Virus record (IMG/VR): IMGVR_UViG_3300044297_000069
Coordinates: 1-25,454 of that record
DNA from: a virus
Taxonomy: Duplodnaviria; Caudoviricetes
DNA length: 25,454 nt
Strand: one strand, 5' to 3'
Shown here: one piece after another, positions 7,978-16,465 of the stretch
Position numbering within the stretch: the stretch's first letter is position 1
Layout of the letters: the number at the start of each line of letters is the position of its first letter
The notes under the pieces: model-generated
Seen by the model: only the letters and a program-made list of their open reading frames with translations
What the model was told of the DNA's origin: nothing
Database searches by the model: none
Program-made: the position numbers and the translations under genes

Positions 7978-9300
7978 TTACTTTACCCAATACCAAACAT
8001 CTTTTTCTGTTTGACTAATTGTTTTGCCTTTTTCTTTAGCAAATTCATCAACAGCTTGTTTGACTTCTTTAATTTGATCGTAGTCATGCCCAGAGAAAAT
8101 ACCACCTGGTTTAACTTTACTGTAATAATTATTTAGATCCTTCTTGACTTGCTCATAGGTATGAAGCCCATCAATGAACACAAAATCAAGCGAATTGTCT
8201 TTGAAAGAACTGACACATTCATCAGATGTTTTTCTGAAATGAGTATATCTATCAGCATACTTTGATATTCTATCTTTAAATTGATTTTCTATGATATGTT
8301 GGAAATTTTTAGATAAAACGCCACCATTCCAATCTGTATATGGAGAATATGGATCAACACCAAATAACTTTAAGTTGTTCAATTTAGATAATAGAAATTC
8401 TGTAGATACTCCATCAGAAGTACCAATCTCAAGCCCAACAGGCGATTCTCTATCTTTTAGTAATTCATAAAGACCGAATGCTGATGGCATAGCAGCGTTT
8501 CCACCACCTTCAGGTAACCTTGAATGCCATCTGAAATTGATAAATGTTTTATCTTCTGTTTTTAATCTGTCGGCAATAGGAATATTAGTAAAGTATTTTT
8601 CCAAAACGACATCTGGATGTGCTGTATATTTACCAGTTAGATTGTCCATGTGTAAACATTGAACATCTGTGTTACATAATACTTTGAAACCAGATTTTCT
8701 TACTCTGTGAAGAAAGAAATTATCTTCGCCAACAAATGGAATACCTTCGATACCATTGGCCACACAACAGAATGGAAGATCAGGATCTTCTTCTTTCATT
8801 TTTCTAAGAATATCTGTAGGGATCAACATACAATCCATACCAGACATCCAAATGTTATCAATCAATTGACCAGGATCTACATTTGGTGCAACAACATGAT
8901 TTCCTTTACGAACCATGATCATTTGACCACCACATTTGATGTAATATACACCAACAATTATAGCACCTGGATTTTCTTCAGCAGTTTTGTGTAAAATGTT
9001 CCATGCATCATAAGGAACAACAGTATCATCACCAATAAAAAATAGATACTTTGCACCTGTTTGAAGTACTTGATCGATTAGATAATTTCTTGCTACATCC
9101 ACTTTTTCGCCACAAACATCAATATAACCATGCGAATAACCATGCGTATCTACATGCAGAACTGGATTTGAATCAAATGTTTGTGCTGGTATTTCTTCGC
9201 TATTTCTTTTAGGTTGTGCTATCACAACATAAGGTTCGACTTCTTTACTTTCTTGGACTATATTCTTCAAAGTTTGAATGATCTTGTCACGATTATACAT
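7978..9300 (-). CDS. GT-A (family 2-like) glycosyltransferase fused to class I SAM methyltransferase (Methyltransf_24-like)
   Basis: N-half: ARN, YLFFIGDD, GMDCMLI, GEDNFF, C.H. C-half: GLEIGTSDG, GVDPY, LDFVFIDGLHTYEQVKKD, KPGGIFSGHDY. Confidence 0.85.
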   Translation of the reverse strand: MYNRDKIIQTLKNIVQESKEVEPYVVIAQPKRNSEEIPAQTFDSNPVLHVDTHGYSHGYIDVCGEKVDVARNYLIDQVLQTGAKYLFFIGDDTVVPYDAWNILHKTAEENPGAIIVGVYYIKCGGQMIMVRKGNHVVAPNVDPGQLIDNIWMSGMDCMLIPTDILRKMKEEDPDLPFCCVANGIEGIPFVGEDNFFLHRVRKSGFKVLCNTDVQCLHMDNLTGKYTAHPDVVLEKYFTNIPIADRLKTEDKTFINFRWHSRLPEGGGNAAMPSAFGLYELLKDRESPVGLEIGTSDGVSTEFLLSKLNNLKLFGVDPYSPYTDWNGGVLSKNFQHIIENQFKDRISKYADRYTHFRKTSDECVSSFKDNSLDFVFIDGLHTYEQVKKDLNNYYSKVKPGGIFSGHDYDQIKEVKQAVDEFAKEKGKTISQTEKDVWYWVK

Positions 9301-9316
9301 TATAGATTTTCTCCTA

Positions 9317-10450
9317 TTACAATTTATTTAAAAACGAATGTAAACACACACCTATTGGAAAGTTTAAACCTGAACCTGTTGATATCTTTTGGCCTCTAAC
9401 AGCAGCATAAGGAATAAAATGTATATCACCGTTTGGTGCTAAGACTCCGCTAGTATATGCAGCACCTACTGTATAGACTAATGAATAAGTTGATACAACA
9501 CCAGCCGAAGATATCTTTTGTCCTCTATTTGCATTAAAAGGAACAAAATGAATATCTCCATTTGGTGCTAGGACTCCTCCAATATAAGCACCAGAAGAAG
9601 TAGTATAAACCAACGAATAAGTTGAGACAACACCAGCAGAAGATATTTTTTGACCTCTATTTGCAATAAAAGGAACAAAATGAATATCTCCATTTGGTGC
9701 TAGGACTCCTCCATAATAAGCACCACCAACAGTATAAACCAACGAATAAGTTGATACTACACCAGCAGATGATATTTTTTGTCCTCTATTGGCATTATAA
9801 GGAACAAAATGTATATCTCCATTTGGTGCTAGGACCCCGCCAACATAAGCATTTGTAGCAGTATAAACTAACGAATAAGTTGATACTACACCAGAAGAGG
9901 ATACCTTTTGACCAACAGTAGCAGAACTTGGAATGAAATGAATATCGCCATTTGGTGCTAGAACTCCTCCAGAATAAGCACTTGTAGCAGTATAAACTAA
10001 CGAATAAGTTGATACTATACCAGAAGAGGATATCTTTTGACCCCTATTGGCATAATAAGGAATAAAATGAATATCTCCATTAGGAGCTAGGACTCCACCG
10101 TAATAAACAAAAGAACCGGTATAAATCAACGAATAAGTTGAGACAACACCAGCAGAAGATATCTTTTGACCAACAGTAGCACTATAAGGAACAAAATGTA
10201 TATCACCATTTGGTGCTAATACCCCGCCAACATAAGCAGCACCAACAGTATAAACCAACGAATAAGTTGATGTGATATCTGTTGTAGAATATTTACCCGC
10301 CTGTACACCCTCATTCAATAAGGTCTGAAATCCAGTCCAACCAGTCAAATCTGTACTAATAGAACTATTATTAGCAGTTGGCAAAGCCCATTGACTTGCT
10401 AAATCTACATCTGTTTTGAATGATTGTGATAATTTTCTTGTGCTTGGCAT
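9317..10450 (-). CDS. Seven-repeat beta-propeller-like protein, paralogue 3
   Basis: 7 copies of ~43 aa STYSLVYTxxxAYxGGVLAPNGDIHFxPxxAxxGQKISSxGVV; ends GVCLHSFLNKL. Confidence 0.75.
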   Translation of the reverse strand: MPSTRKLSQSFKTDVDLASQWALPTANNSSISTDLTGWTGFQTLLNEGVQAGKYSTTDITSTYSLVYTVGAAYVGGVLAPNGDIHFVPYSATVGQKISSAGVVSTYSLIYTGSFVYYGGVLAPNGDIHFIPYYANRGQKISSSGIVSTYSLVYTATSAYSGGVLAPNGDIHFIPSSATVGQKVSSSGVVSTYSLVYTATNAYVGGVLAPNGDIHFVPYNANRGQKISSAGVVSTYSLVYTVGGAYYGGVLAPNGDIHFVPFIANRGQKISSAGVVSTYSLVYTTSSGAYIGGVLAPNGDIHFVPFNANRGQKISSAGVVSTYSLVYTVGAAYTSGVLAPNGDIHFIPYAAVRGQKISTGSGLNFPIGVCLHSFLNKL

Positions 10451-12550
10451 GTTTTATAATTTATTTAACCATGGAGATTGACATACACCTTGTTCAAATG
10501 GAACAGCAGCTAATGTATTTATCTTTTGACCTCTATTGGCACTCCAAGGAACAAAATGTATATCACCATTTGGTGCTAAGACTCCACCATTATGAGATGA
10601 AGTAAAAGTATAAATTAAAGAATAGGTAGATACTATACCAGAAGAGGATATCTTTTGACCTACAGTAGCGGCACCTGGAACAAAATGTATATCACCATTT
10701 GGTGCTAAAACTCCGCCAATATAAGCACCAGAAGTGGTATAAACCAACGAATAAGTTGAGACAACACCAGCAGAACTTATTTTTTGACCCACACTAGCTG
10801 CTTGTGGTACAAAATGTACATCTCCATTTATTGCCAGTACACCGCCTGCATAAGCAGTTGTTGTTGTATAAACCAACGAATAGGTGGATACTACACCAGC
10901 AGCCGAAATCTTTTGACCAACAACAGCACTTCTAGGAACAAAATGTATATCACCATTTGGTGTTAGTACACCACCTTGATAAGCATATTCAGAAGAAATT
11001 GTATAAACTAACGAATAAGTGGATACTACACCAGCAGAAGATATTTTTTGACCTCTATTTGCAGACATAGGCACAAAATGTATACTTCCATCGGTAGAAA
11101 CAACTCCACCATGATAAGCAATACCAGTTGTATAAGTTAAAGAATAGGTAGATACTATACCAGAAGAGGATATCTTTTGACCTACAGTAGCGCTTGCTGG
11201 TGCAAAATGTATATCACCATTTGGTGCTAGGACTCCGCCAACATATGCACCACTGGCAGTATAAACCAATGAATAAGTAGAGACAACACCAGAAGCACTT
11301 ATTTTTTGCCCTACAGCGGCATTATTAGGAATAAAATGTATATCGCCATTTGGTGCTAGTACTCCACCTTGATAAGAAGATGTAGTTGTATAAACCAACG
11401 AATAAGTAGATGTAATATCCGTCGAATACAATTTACCGACTGTTGTGCTTTTTTTCATTAAGTTGACAAATTTATTCCAAGCAACTAAATCTGTTCCTAC
11501 AGAACTGTCATCAGCAGTAGGTAATGTGCCCCATGCTACTGTTTGTACTTGTGATGACCAACTGTTTGCTTGATTATATACGTTTGTCATAGTTTATTTA
11601 ACCATGGTGAACAGCAAACTCCTATGCCAAATGGGCGGGCTGAACCTGTTGATATCTTTTGACCTACAGTGGCGGCTCTAGGAATAAAATGTATATCACC
11701 ATTAGGAGCTAGGACTCCTCCAGAATAAGCATTTGTAGTAGTATAAACTAACGAATAAGTTGATACTACACCAGAAGAGGATACCTTTTGACCAACCGGA
11801 GCATCTCTAGGTATAAAATGTATATCACCATTTGGCGCTAGAACACCGCCAACATAAGCAATAGAAGCGGTATAAATCAACGAATAAGTTGAGACAACAC
11901 CAGCAGAAGATATCTTTTGACCAACAGTAGCGGCTCTAGGAATAAAATGCATATTTCCATTTGGATCTAGAACACCGCCATAATAAGCACCAGAAGCATT
12001 AGTATAAACCAATGAATAAGTTGATACAACACCAGCCGAAGATATTTTTTGTCCTACAGAACCATATCCTAGTATGAAATGTATATCTCCATTTGGTGCT
12101 AGGACTCCGCCAAAATAAGCATTTGTAGTAGTATAAACTAACGAATAGGTGGATACTACACCAGCAGATGATATCTTTTGACCTACAGTAGCACTATAAG
12201 GAACAAAATGTATATCTCCATTTGGTGCTAGAACACCACCATTATGAGCATTTGTAGCAGTATAAACTAACGAATAAGTTGATACTACACCAGAGGCTGA
12301 TATCTTTTGACCAACAGAAGCATTTGCTGGTATGAAATGTATATCACCGTTTGGTGCTAGGACTCCGCCAAAATAAGCACCAGAGGCATTAGTATAAACC
12401 AATGAATAAGTAGAGACTACACCAGAGGCTGATATCTTTTGACCAACAGTAGCAAGCGATGGAACAAAATGTATATCACCGTTTGGTGCTAGGACTCCAC
12501 CAACATATGCACCACTAGCATTGGTATAAACCAATGAATAAGTAGATATA
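9375..12550. repeat. 21 coding repeats of ~129-132 bp in three blocks of 7
   Basis: Recurrent aaaatgtatatcaccatttggtgctag and gtataaaccaacgaataagttga strings on the + strand. Confidence 0.9.
10454..11590 (-). CDS. Seven-repeat beta-propeller-like protein, paralogue 2
   Basis: 7 copies of the same unit; ends GVCQSPWLNKL. Confidence 0.75.
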   Translation of the reverse strand: MTNVYNQANSWSSQVQTVAWGTLPTADDSSVGTDLVAWNKFVNLMKKSTTVGKLYSTDITSTYSLVYTTTSSYQGGVLAPNGDIHFIPNNAAVGQKISASGVVSTYSLVYTASGAYVGGVLAPNGDIHFAPASATVGQKISSSGIVSTYSLTYTTGIAYHGGVVSTDGSIHFVPMSANRGQKISSAGVVSTYSLVYTISSEYAYQGGVLTPNGDIHFVPRSAVVGQKISAAGVVSTYSLVYTTTTAYAGGVLAINGDVHFVPQAASVGQKISSAGVVSTYSLVYTTSGAYIGGVLAPNGDIHFVPGAATVGQKISSSGIVSTYSLIYTFTSSHNGGVLAPNGDIHFVPWSANRGQKINTLAAVPFEQGVCQSPWLNKL

Positions 12551-12729
12551 ATATCTGTTGAAGAAAATCTACCTGCTGTATTCGATCTTGCTAATATATC
12601 TTTAAAACCATTCCAAGCAACCAAATTAGTGCTAATACCTGAATCATCTCCAGGCGGTAAAATACCGTGTGTTGCTTCTAAAGCATCTGTCGTCGCTTGA
12701 GGAGATATAAAATATGTATTTGCTGCCAT
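11587..12729 (-). CDS. Seven-repeat beta-propeller-like protein, paralogue 1
   Basis: 7 copies of the same unit; ends GVCCSPWLNKL. Confidence 0.75.
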   Translation of the reverse strand: MAANTYFISPQATTDALEATHGILPPGDDSGISTNLVAWNGFKDILARSNTAGRFSSTDIISTYSLVYTNASGAYVGGVLAPNGDIHFVPSLATVGQKISASGVVSTYSLVYTNASGAYFGGVLAPNGDIHFIPANASVGQKISASGVVSTYSLVYTATNAHNGGVLAPNGDIHFVPYSATVGQKISSAGVVSTYSLVYTTTNAYFGGVLAPNGDIHFILGYGSVGQKISSAGVVSTYSLVYTNASGAYYGGVLDPNGNMHFIPRAATVGQKISSAGVVSTYSLIYTASIAYVGGVLAPNGDIHFIPRDAPVGQKVSSSGVVSTYSLVYTTTNAYSGGVLAPNGDIHFIPRAATVGQKISTGSARPFGIGVCCSPWLNKL

Positions 12730-12730
12730 A

Positions 12731-13495
12731 TTATGCTCCTAAAATTGAAACATAATATTGATTTGCTGTCGGCGCTGTGACAAAAATGAATTGGCAAGCA
12801 TTAGCATTTGAATAAACAATATCAGGATATACGATATATCCAGAACTTATTTCTCTGACAGTAAACCAAAGATCAGTCTTATTTAAGCTGTGCGTTACAT
12901 TTATTGTCGTGTTGCTGCCATCACCGATATTGACAGAGTATTTTGAAACGGATGATGTTATGGTTGGTGTTGACCAATATGTTGCAGAACCATTAGTCGT
13001 TAAAACTTGACCAGAGGTACCATAGTTACCATTTGCTGCTGTTTGTATACCACCAGAAATAATAACATTTGTTGTTATGGTATTACCAGTTATTGTTAAT
13101 GTACCAGAAAATGTGCCTGTAGAATTTGATAGTTTGGTATTAGACCAAGCATTGGCACCAGCACCCACAGAAGTATTGGCGCCTGATATAATAGAAATGA
13201 GATAGTTATTGGCACCAGTACCTACGACCGTGTTAGCACCTGCCATAGTTGCTAGAAGGTAAGTATTTGCTCCAGTACCTACCGCTGTATTGGCACCAGC
13301 AATCGTTGCAGAAGCAAAGGCATTAGCCCCCACACTTGCTTGATTTATCACGGAATTTGTTGTGTTGCCAGTAATTAGATCATAATATTGACTACTAGCA
13401 GACCAAACACCATATGTGGAGTTATATGTCCATGTTACATTATTTACTGTATATGTTTGCCCATTGACTGGACTACTTGGAAAGTCTATTGCCAT
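12731..13495 (-). CDS. Short tail fibre/adaptor protein
   Basis: N-terminal MAIDFPSSP.NGQTY.....W.Y....W module, GAN stalk, GTSGQVLTTNG..TYW motif, C-terminal IGDGS.T...VTH.L domain. Confidence 0.75.
   Translation of the reverse strand: MAIDFPSSPVNGQTYTVNNVTWTYNSTYGVWSASSQYYDLITGNTTNSVINQASVGANAFASATIAGANTAVGTGANTYLLATMAGANTVVGTGANNYLISIISGANTSVGAGANAWSNTKLSNSTGTFSGTLTITGNTITTNVIISGGIQTAANGNYGTSGQVLTTNGSATYWSTPTITSSVSKYSVNIGDGSNTTINVTHSLNKTDLWFTVREISSGYIVYPDIVYSNANACQFIFVTAPTANQYYVSILGA
12974..13153. repeat. ~180 bp dispersed repeat shared between fibre genes (other copies 15401-15580 and ~14897-15043)
   Basis: ccaatatgttgcagaaccattagtcgttaaaacttgaccagaggtaccatagtt is identical at 12974 and 15401; the third copy is more diverged. 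Confidence 0.9.
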
Positions 13496-13528
13496 TAGTT
13501 ATTTTTTTGCCTTTGAGTGTAACAGAAC

Positions 13529-13536
13529 TATTTATG
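13529..13536 (-). promoter_or_regulatory. Late promoter variant CATAAATA
   Basis: NATAAATA in the intergenic gap ~35 bp upstream of the 13495 start. Confidence 0.6.
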
Positions 13537-13539
13537 TGT

Positions 13540-13809
13540 TTATACGGCTTTATTAATATTAACAATTCTTGAATTATCCTCTAAAGATATAAATTCATGT
13601 GGTTGAAATGGTTGCCAATCTACCACATTACCATTAACTAACATCTTTTCCCAATCAACTCCATGTGCTTTAAAACTCCCTTTTGCAACTATTGTAATAT
13701 GAACAGATTGTTCATCATGTTCATGCATTGGAAGAACATCATCTTTCTTTTCAAAATCATATATTGCACCTTGCAATTTTCCGAAAATGAAGGGTGTCGT
13801 TTTAAGCAT
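13540..13809 (-). CDS. Cupin-domain protein
   Basis: LPMHEH....HITIVAKG and downstream QPHEF metal-binding cupin motifs; second Met (13809) chosen because it avoids overlap with the upstream gene. Confidence 0.8.
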   Translation of the reverse strand: MLKTTPFIFGKLQGAIYDFEKKDDVLPMHEHDEQSVHITIVAKGSFKAHGVDWEKMLVNGNVVDWQPFQPHEFISLEDNSRIVNINKAV

Positions 13810-13810
13810 G

Positions 13811-14155
13811 TTATGAACCTTCAATAATTTTCATTTGAGGTGCTGCAAGTTTTGTTTGTTTTTCTTGTTCGGACAAGTATATCATCAAACCTTTATTTTC
13901 CTCATGAGCTTTAACCATTTCATTTCTGAAAGATTCGGTAGCCGCCCCTGCTTGTCTCATTTGCTGTGAATTTTCAATTAATAGAGTTGGCATCCAGGCA
14001 AAGGAACAATCCCAGTGGCTTATTTCTTCACCAGTATTTGGGTTTGCACCTCTCACATTAACCCATAATGGACACTTATGACACACTTTACTCATATCTT
14101 GATTGAGAAATGGGCATTTGCGACCCTTTTCTGCCATTGGTATTTGAGTTTTCAT
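13811..14155 (-). CDS. Conserved phage hypothetical protein with four Cys (possible Zn-binding)
   Basis: CP.....C.KC.LW...RG.NPNTGEE...W.C...W.P.LLIENSQQ.RQ..AA.ESFRNEMVK; AAAGGT RBS. Confidence 0.75.
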   Translation of the reverse strand: MKTQIPMAEKGRKCPFLNQDMSKVCHKCPLWVNVRGANPNTGEEISHWDCSFAWMPTLLIENSQQMRQAGAATESFRNEMVKAHEENKGLMIYLSEQEKQTKLAAPQMKIIEGS

Positions 14156-14170
14156 AATATAATACCTTTC

Positions 14171-14473
14171 TTAGAGAACGGTTGGGCTTGTATTTATTTT
14201 ATTTGATTGTGCTTGTGTATTCACTATCATAGTTTTAATCTCTGCAATTTTTTGAATTGCTTCATCGACAATTGGTTGCACAAATTCTAAAGAATCAATT
14301 CCTTCTATTGCAATCATTTTATTGTATTCATCAATATGTTCAATATGACCAAATGTTCCGTTCCATTGAATTGCATGAATTGTTGGTATATCAGAATCGA
14401 CAACAAAATCAAACTGAATCGCATCATTATCTATATACACCATTTTATCAGAAGGAATTATTGTAACTCTCAT
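14171..14473 (-). CDS. Tail-fibre-associated hypothetical protein
   Basis: MRVTIIPSD..V.ID...IHAIQW.G..GHIE motif; GGAG RBS; directly follows a fibre gene. Confidence 0.7.
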   Translation of the reverse strand: MRVTIIPSDKMVYIDNDAIQFDFVVDSDIPTIHAIQWNGTFGHIEHIDEYNKMIAIEGIDSLEFVQPIVDEAIQKIAEIKTMIVNTQAQSNKINTSPTVL

Positions 14474-14485
14474 AATATTTCTCCG

Positions 14486-16015
14486 TTAATCTTTTGTTGC
14501 GATAATAACATCAACATAGTTGACTGCCAGATTTATTGCTGTGCCTGAGAATGTGTGATTGTGTGATCCGCCACCTCCTGCTGCGCCTGTACTAGCCGAT
14601 GCTCCAAGAGATCCTGTACATGAAATGCCTCCGCCTATGCCAGCAGACATACCATTTCCATGAGTATGTGACGGGATTTGTGTTGTTGAAAGTGTAGTCG
14701 ATCCAACAGTACCAGAAACAGCTTGTGATGCAAAAGCTGTGGAAAATGCAACAGAACCACCATTTGATGCTGTGCCGGAAACAACCCTGAGCGCTTTATC
14801 ATTATGTGTTGTAGATTTTGTCCAACCAGTTGGTGCTGCTGTTTGAGCAAATAACATAGCAGTTCCAGAAGGAAAAGCAGAAACGGATAATGTTTGCCAA
14901 TATGCTGCAACACCATTTGATGTTAAAATTTGACCAGAGGTACCATAGTTACCATTTGCTGCTGTTTGTATACCACCGTTAACAATGACATTTGTAGTTA
15001 TTGTATTGCCAGTTATTGTTAATGTACCAGCAAATGTGCCTGTAGTATTTGCAAGTGCAGCATTAGCTTTAGCAAAAGCTGAGGTAGATATGGTATTGGC
15101 TCCTGTTCCTACTGCTGTGTTGGCGCCAGATAAAGTAGTCAATAGGTAATTATTGGCTCCTATACCAGTATTAAATGCTAGAAGATTCGCTGCGTTGGCT
15201 TTATCAAACGCATTGCTGGCAATCAATTGAACAGCATTAGCAAATATAGCCCCCGGTGTCGTTTCCACCCATTGAGATGATGTTCCATCATTATAATAGA
15301 TATATAATGAACCGAATGTAGAACTCCACCATAGAGAACCGTTTGTTGGCGATCCAGGTGGTGTATCACTTATAGCTGCACCACCAGCAGCCAATGTTTG
15401 CCAATATGTTGCAGAACCATTAGTCGTTAAAACTTGACCAGAGGTACCATAGTTTCCGTTTGCTGCTGTTTGTATACCACCATTAACGATAACATTTGTT
15501 GTTATGGTATTACCAGTTATTGTTAATGTACCAGCAAATGTGCCTGTGGAATTTGATAATTTAGTATTCGACCAAGCATTTGCTCCAGTACCTACAGCAG
15601 CGTTTGCTCCAGCAATAACAGAAATTAGATAAGCATTGGCGTTAATACCAACATTATAGGCTAAAAGGTTGGCGGCATTAGCCTTATCAAATGCAGTACC
15701 AACATCAGCAGTTCCTCCAGAAGTAGCACTAATAGTAATAATATCATTGATAGGATCACCAACGATTTGTATGTTATTACCTGGAACCAATGTAAGAACA
15801 CCGCCTGCCGTGTCGGCAACAACAAGTGTTCCATTAGCATTTACTGTACCAAAAGAGTTTCCACCACTTGTATTAAAAGCGATAATAGAACCATTAGCAT
15901 GTTTATAAAACAGTTTACCATCAGCAAAGTTGATAGCCAACTCGCCGTTAGCCAATCCTGTTGGTGTTGCTGATGGTGTTGCTGATTTTTTAAGTGCTAT
16001 TACCGTGTTTGCCAT
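14486..16015 (-). CDS. Tail fibre protein with collar-like domain and HxH tip
   Basis: N-terminal L.NGELAINFADGKLFYK anchor; duplicated stalk module; FPSGT.MLF.Q.AAPTGWTK collar; QIPSHTH and SHNH motifs. Confidence 0.85.
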   Translation of the reverse strand: MANTVIALKKSATPSATPTGLANGELAINFADGKLFYKHANGSIIAFNTSGGNSFGTVNANGTLVVADTAGGVLTLVPGNNIQIVGDPINDIITISATSGGTADVGTAFDKANAANLLAYNVGINANAYLISVIAGANAAVGTGANAWSNTKLSNSTGTFAGTLTITGNTITTNVIVNGGIQTAANGNYGTSGQVLTTNGSATYWQTLAAGGAAISDTPPGSPTNGSLWWSSTFGSLYIYYNDGTSSQWVETTPGAIFANAVQLIASNAFDKANAANLLAFNTGIGANNYLLTTLSGANTAVGTGANTISTSAFAKANAALANTTGTFAGTLTITGNTITTNVIVNGGIQTAANGNYGTSGQILTSNGVAAYWQTLSVSAFPSGTAMLFAQTAAPTGWTKSTTHNDKALRVVSGTASNGGSVAFSTAFASQAVSGTVGSTTLSTTQIPSHTHGNGMSAGIGGGISCTGSLGASASTGAAGGGGSHNHTFSGTAINLAVNYVDVIIATKD

Positions 16016-16443
16016 TAAAACTCATTAACTGTTTCTGATACAGGCAAACTTGGTGTTTCTTCTGCCTGTTTTTCTTTCTTCTTCTTAATATTTATCACAG
16101 ACTTTGTTGTTAATTCTATAATTTGATTTTTGAGTGAGTTAATCTCTTCATCTTTTTCTTTGACAGAAAGCTTCATTTGTCCCATTTGCTGCATAAGTGT
16201 GTTCATATGGGACAACTTGTTTTTCATGGCAGTGAATTCATTTTCATTTATCTTGGCAGCATCAGTGCGAAGTCTATCAATTTCAGAGGTAAGAGATGTA
16301 ATGATACCTTCTCTTTCCGCTACAATATCATTAGCCACCTTTAACTGTGCTTGAACTTGAATATACTTAGTGATATATTCGTTAATCATACCAACAGAAG
16401 TGTCAATATATGCATTCACATACTTGCTCGTAACATCACTCAT
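16015..16443 (-). CDS. Coiled-coil hypothetical protein
   Basis: 142 aa heptad-rich ORF, GGAG RBS, TAATG coupling to the fibre gene. Confidence 0.75.
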   Translation of the reverse strand: MSDVTSKYVNAYIDTSVGMINEYITKYIQVQAQLKVANDIVAEREGIITSLTSEIDRLRTDAAKINENEFTAMKNKLSHMNTLMQQMGQMKLSVKEKDEEINSLKNQIIELTTKSVINIKKKKEKQAEETPSLPVSETVNEF

Positions 16444-16465
16444 ATTATATCTCCATTATGTTTAA

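Noticed and set aside
9375-12550. Regular repeats resembling a CRISPR array
   Set aside because: Period is ~129-132 bp, in frame within three intact ORFs, with synonymous variation and no unique spacers or cas genes
9317-12729. Complete diversity-generating retroelement
   Set aside because: No reverse transcriptase, non-coding template repeat or accessory gene in the window; differences are not limited to adenines of one template
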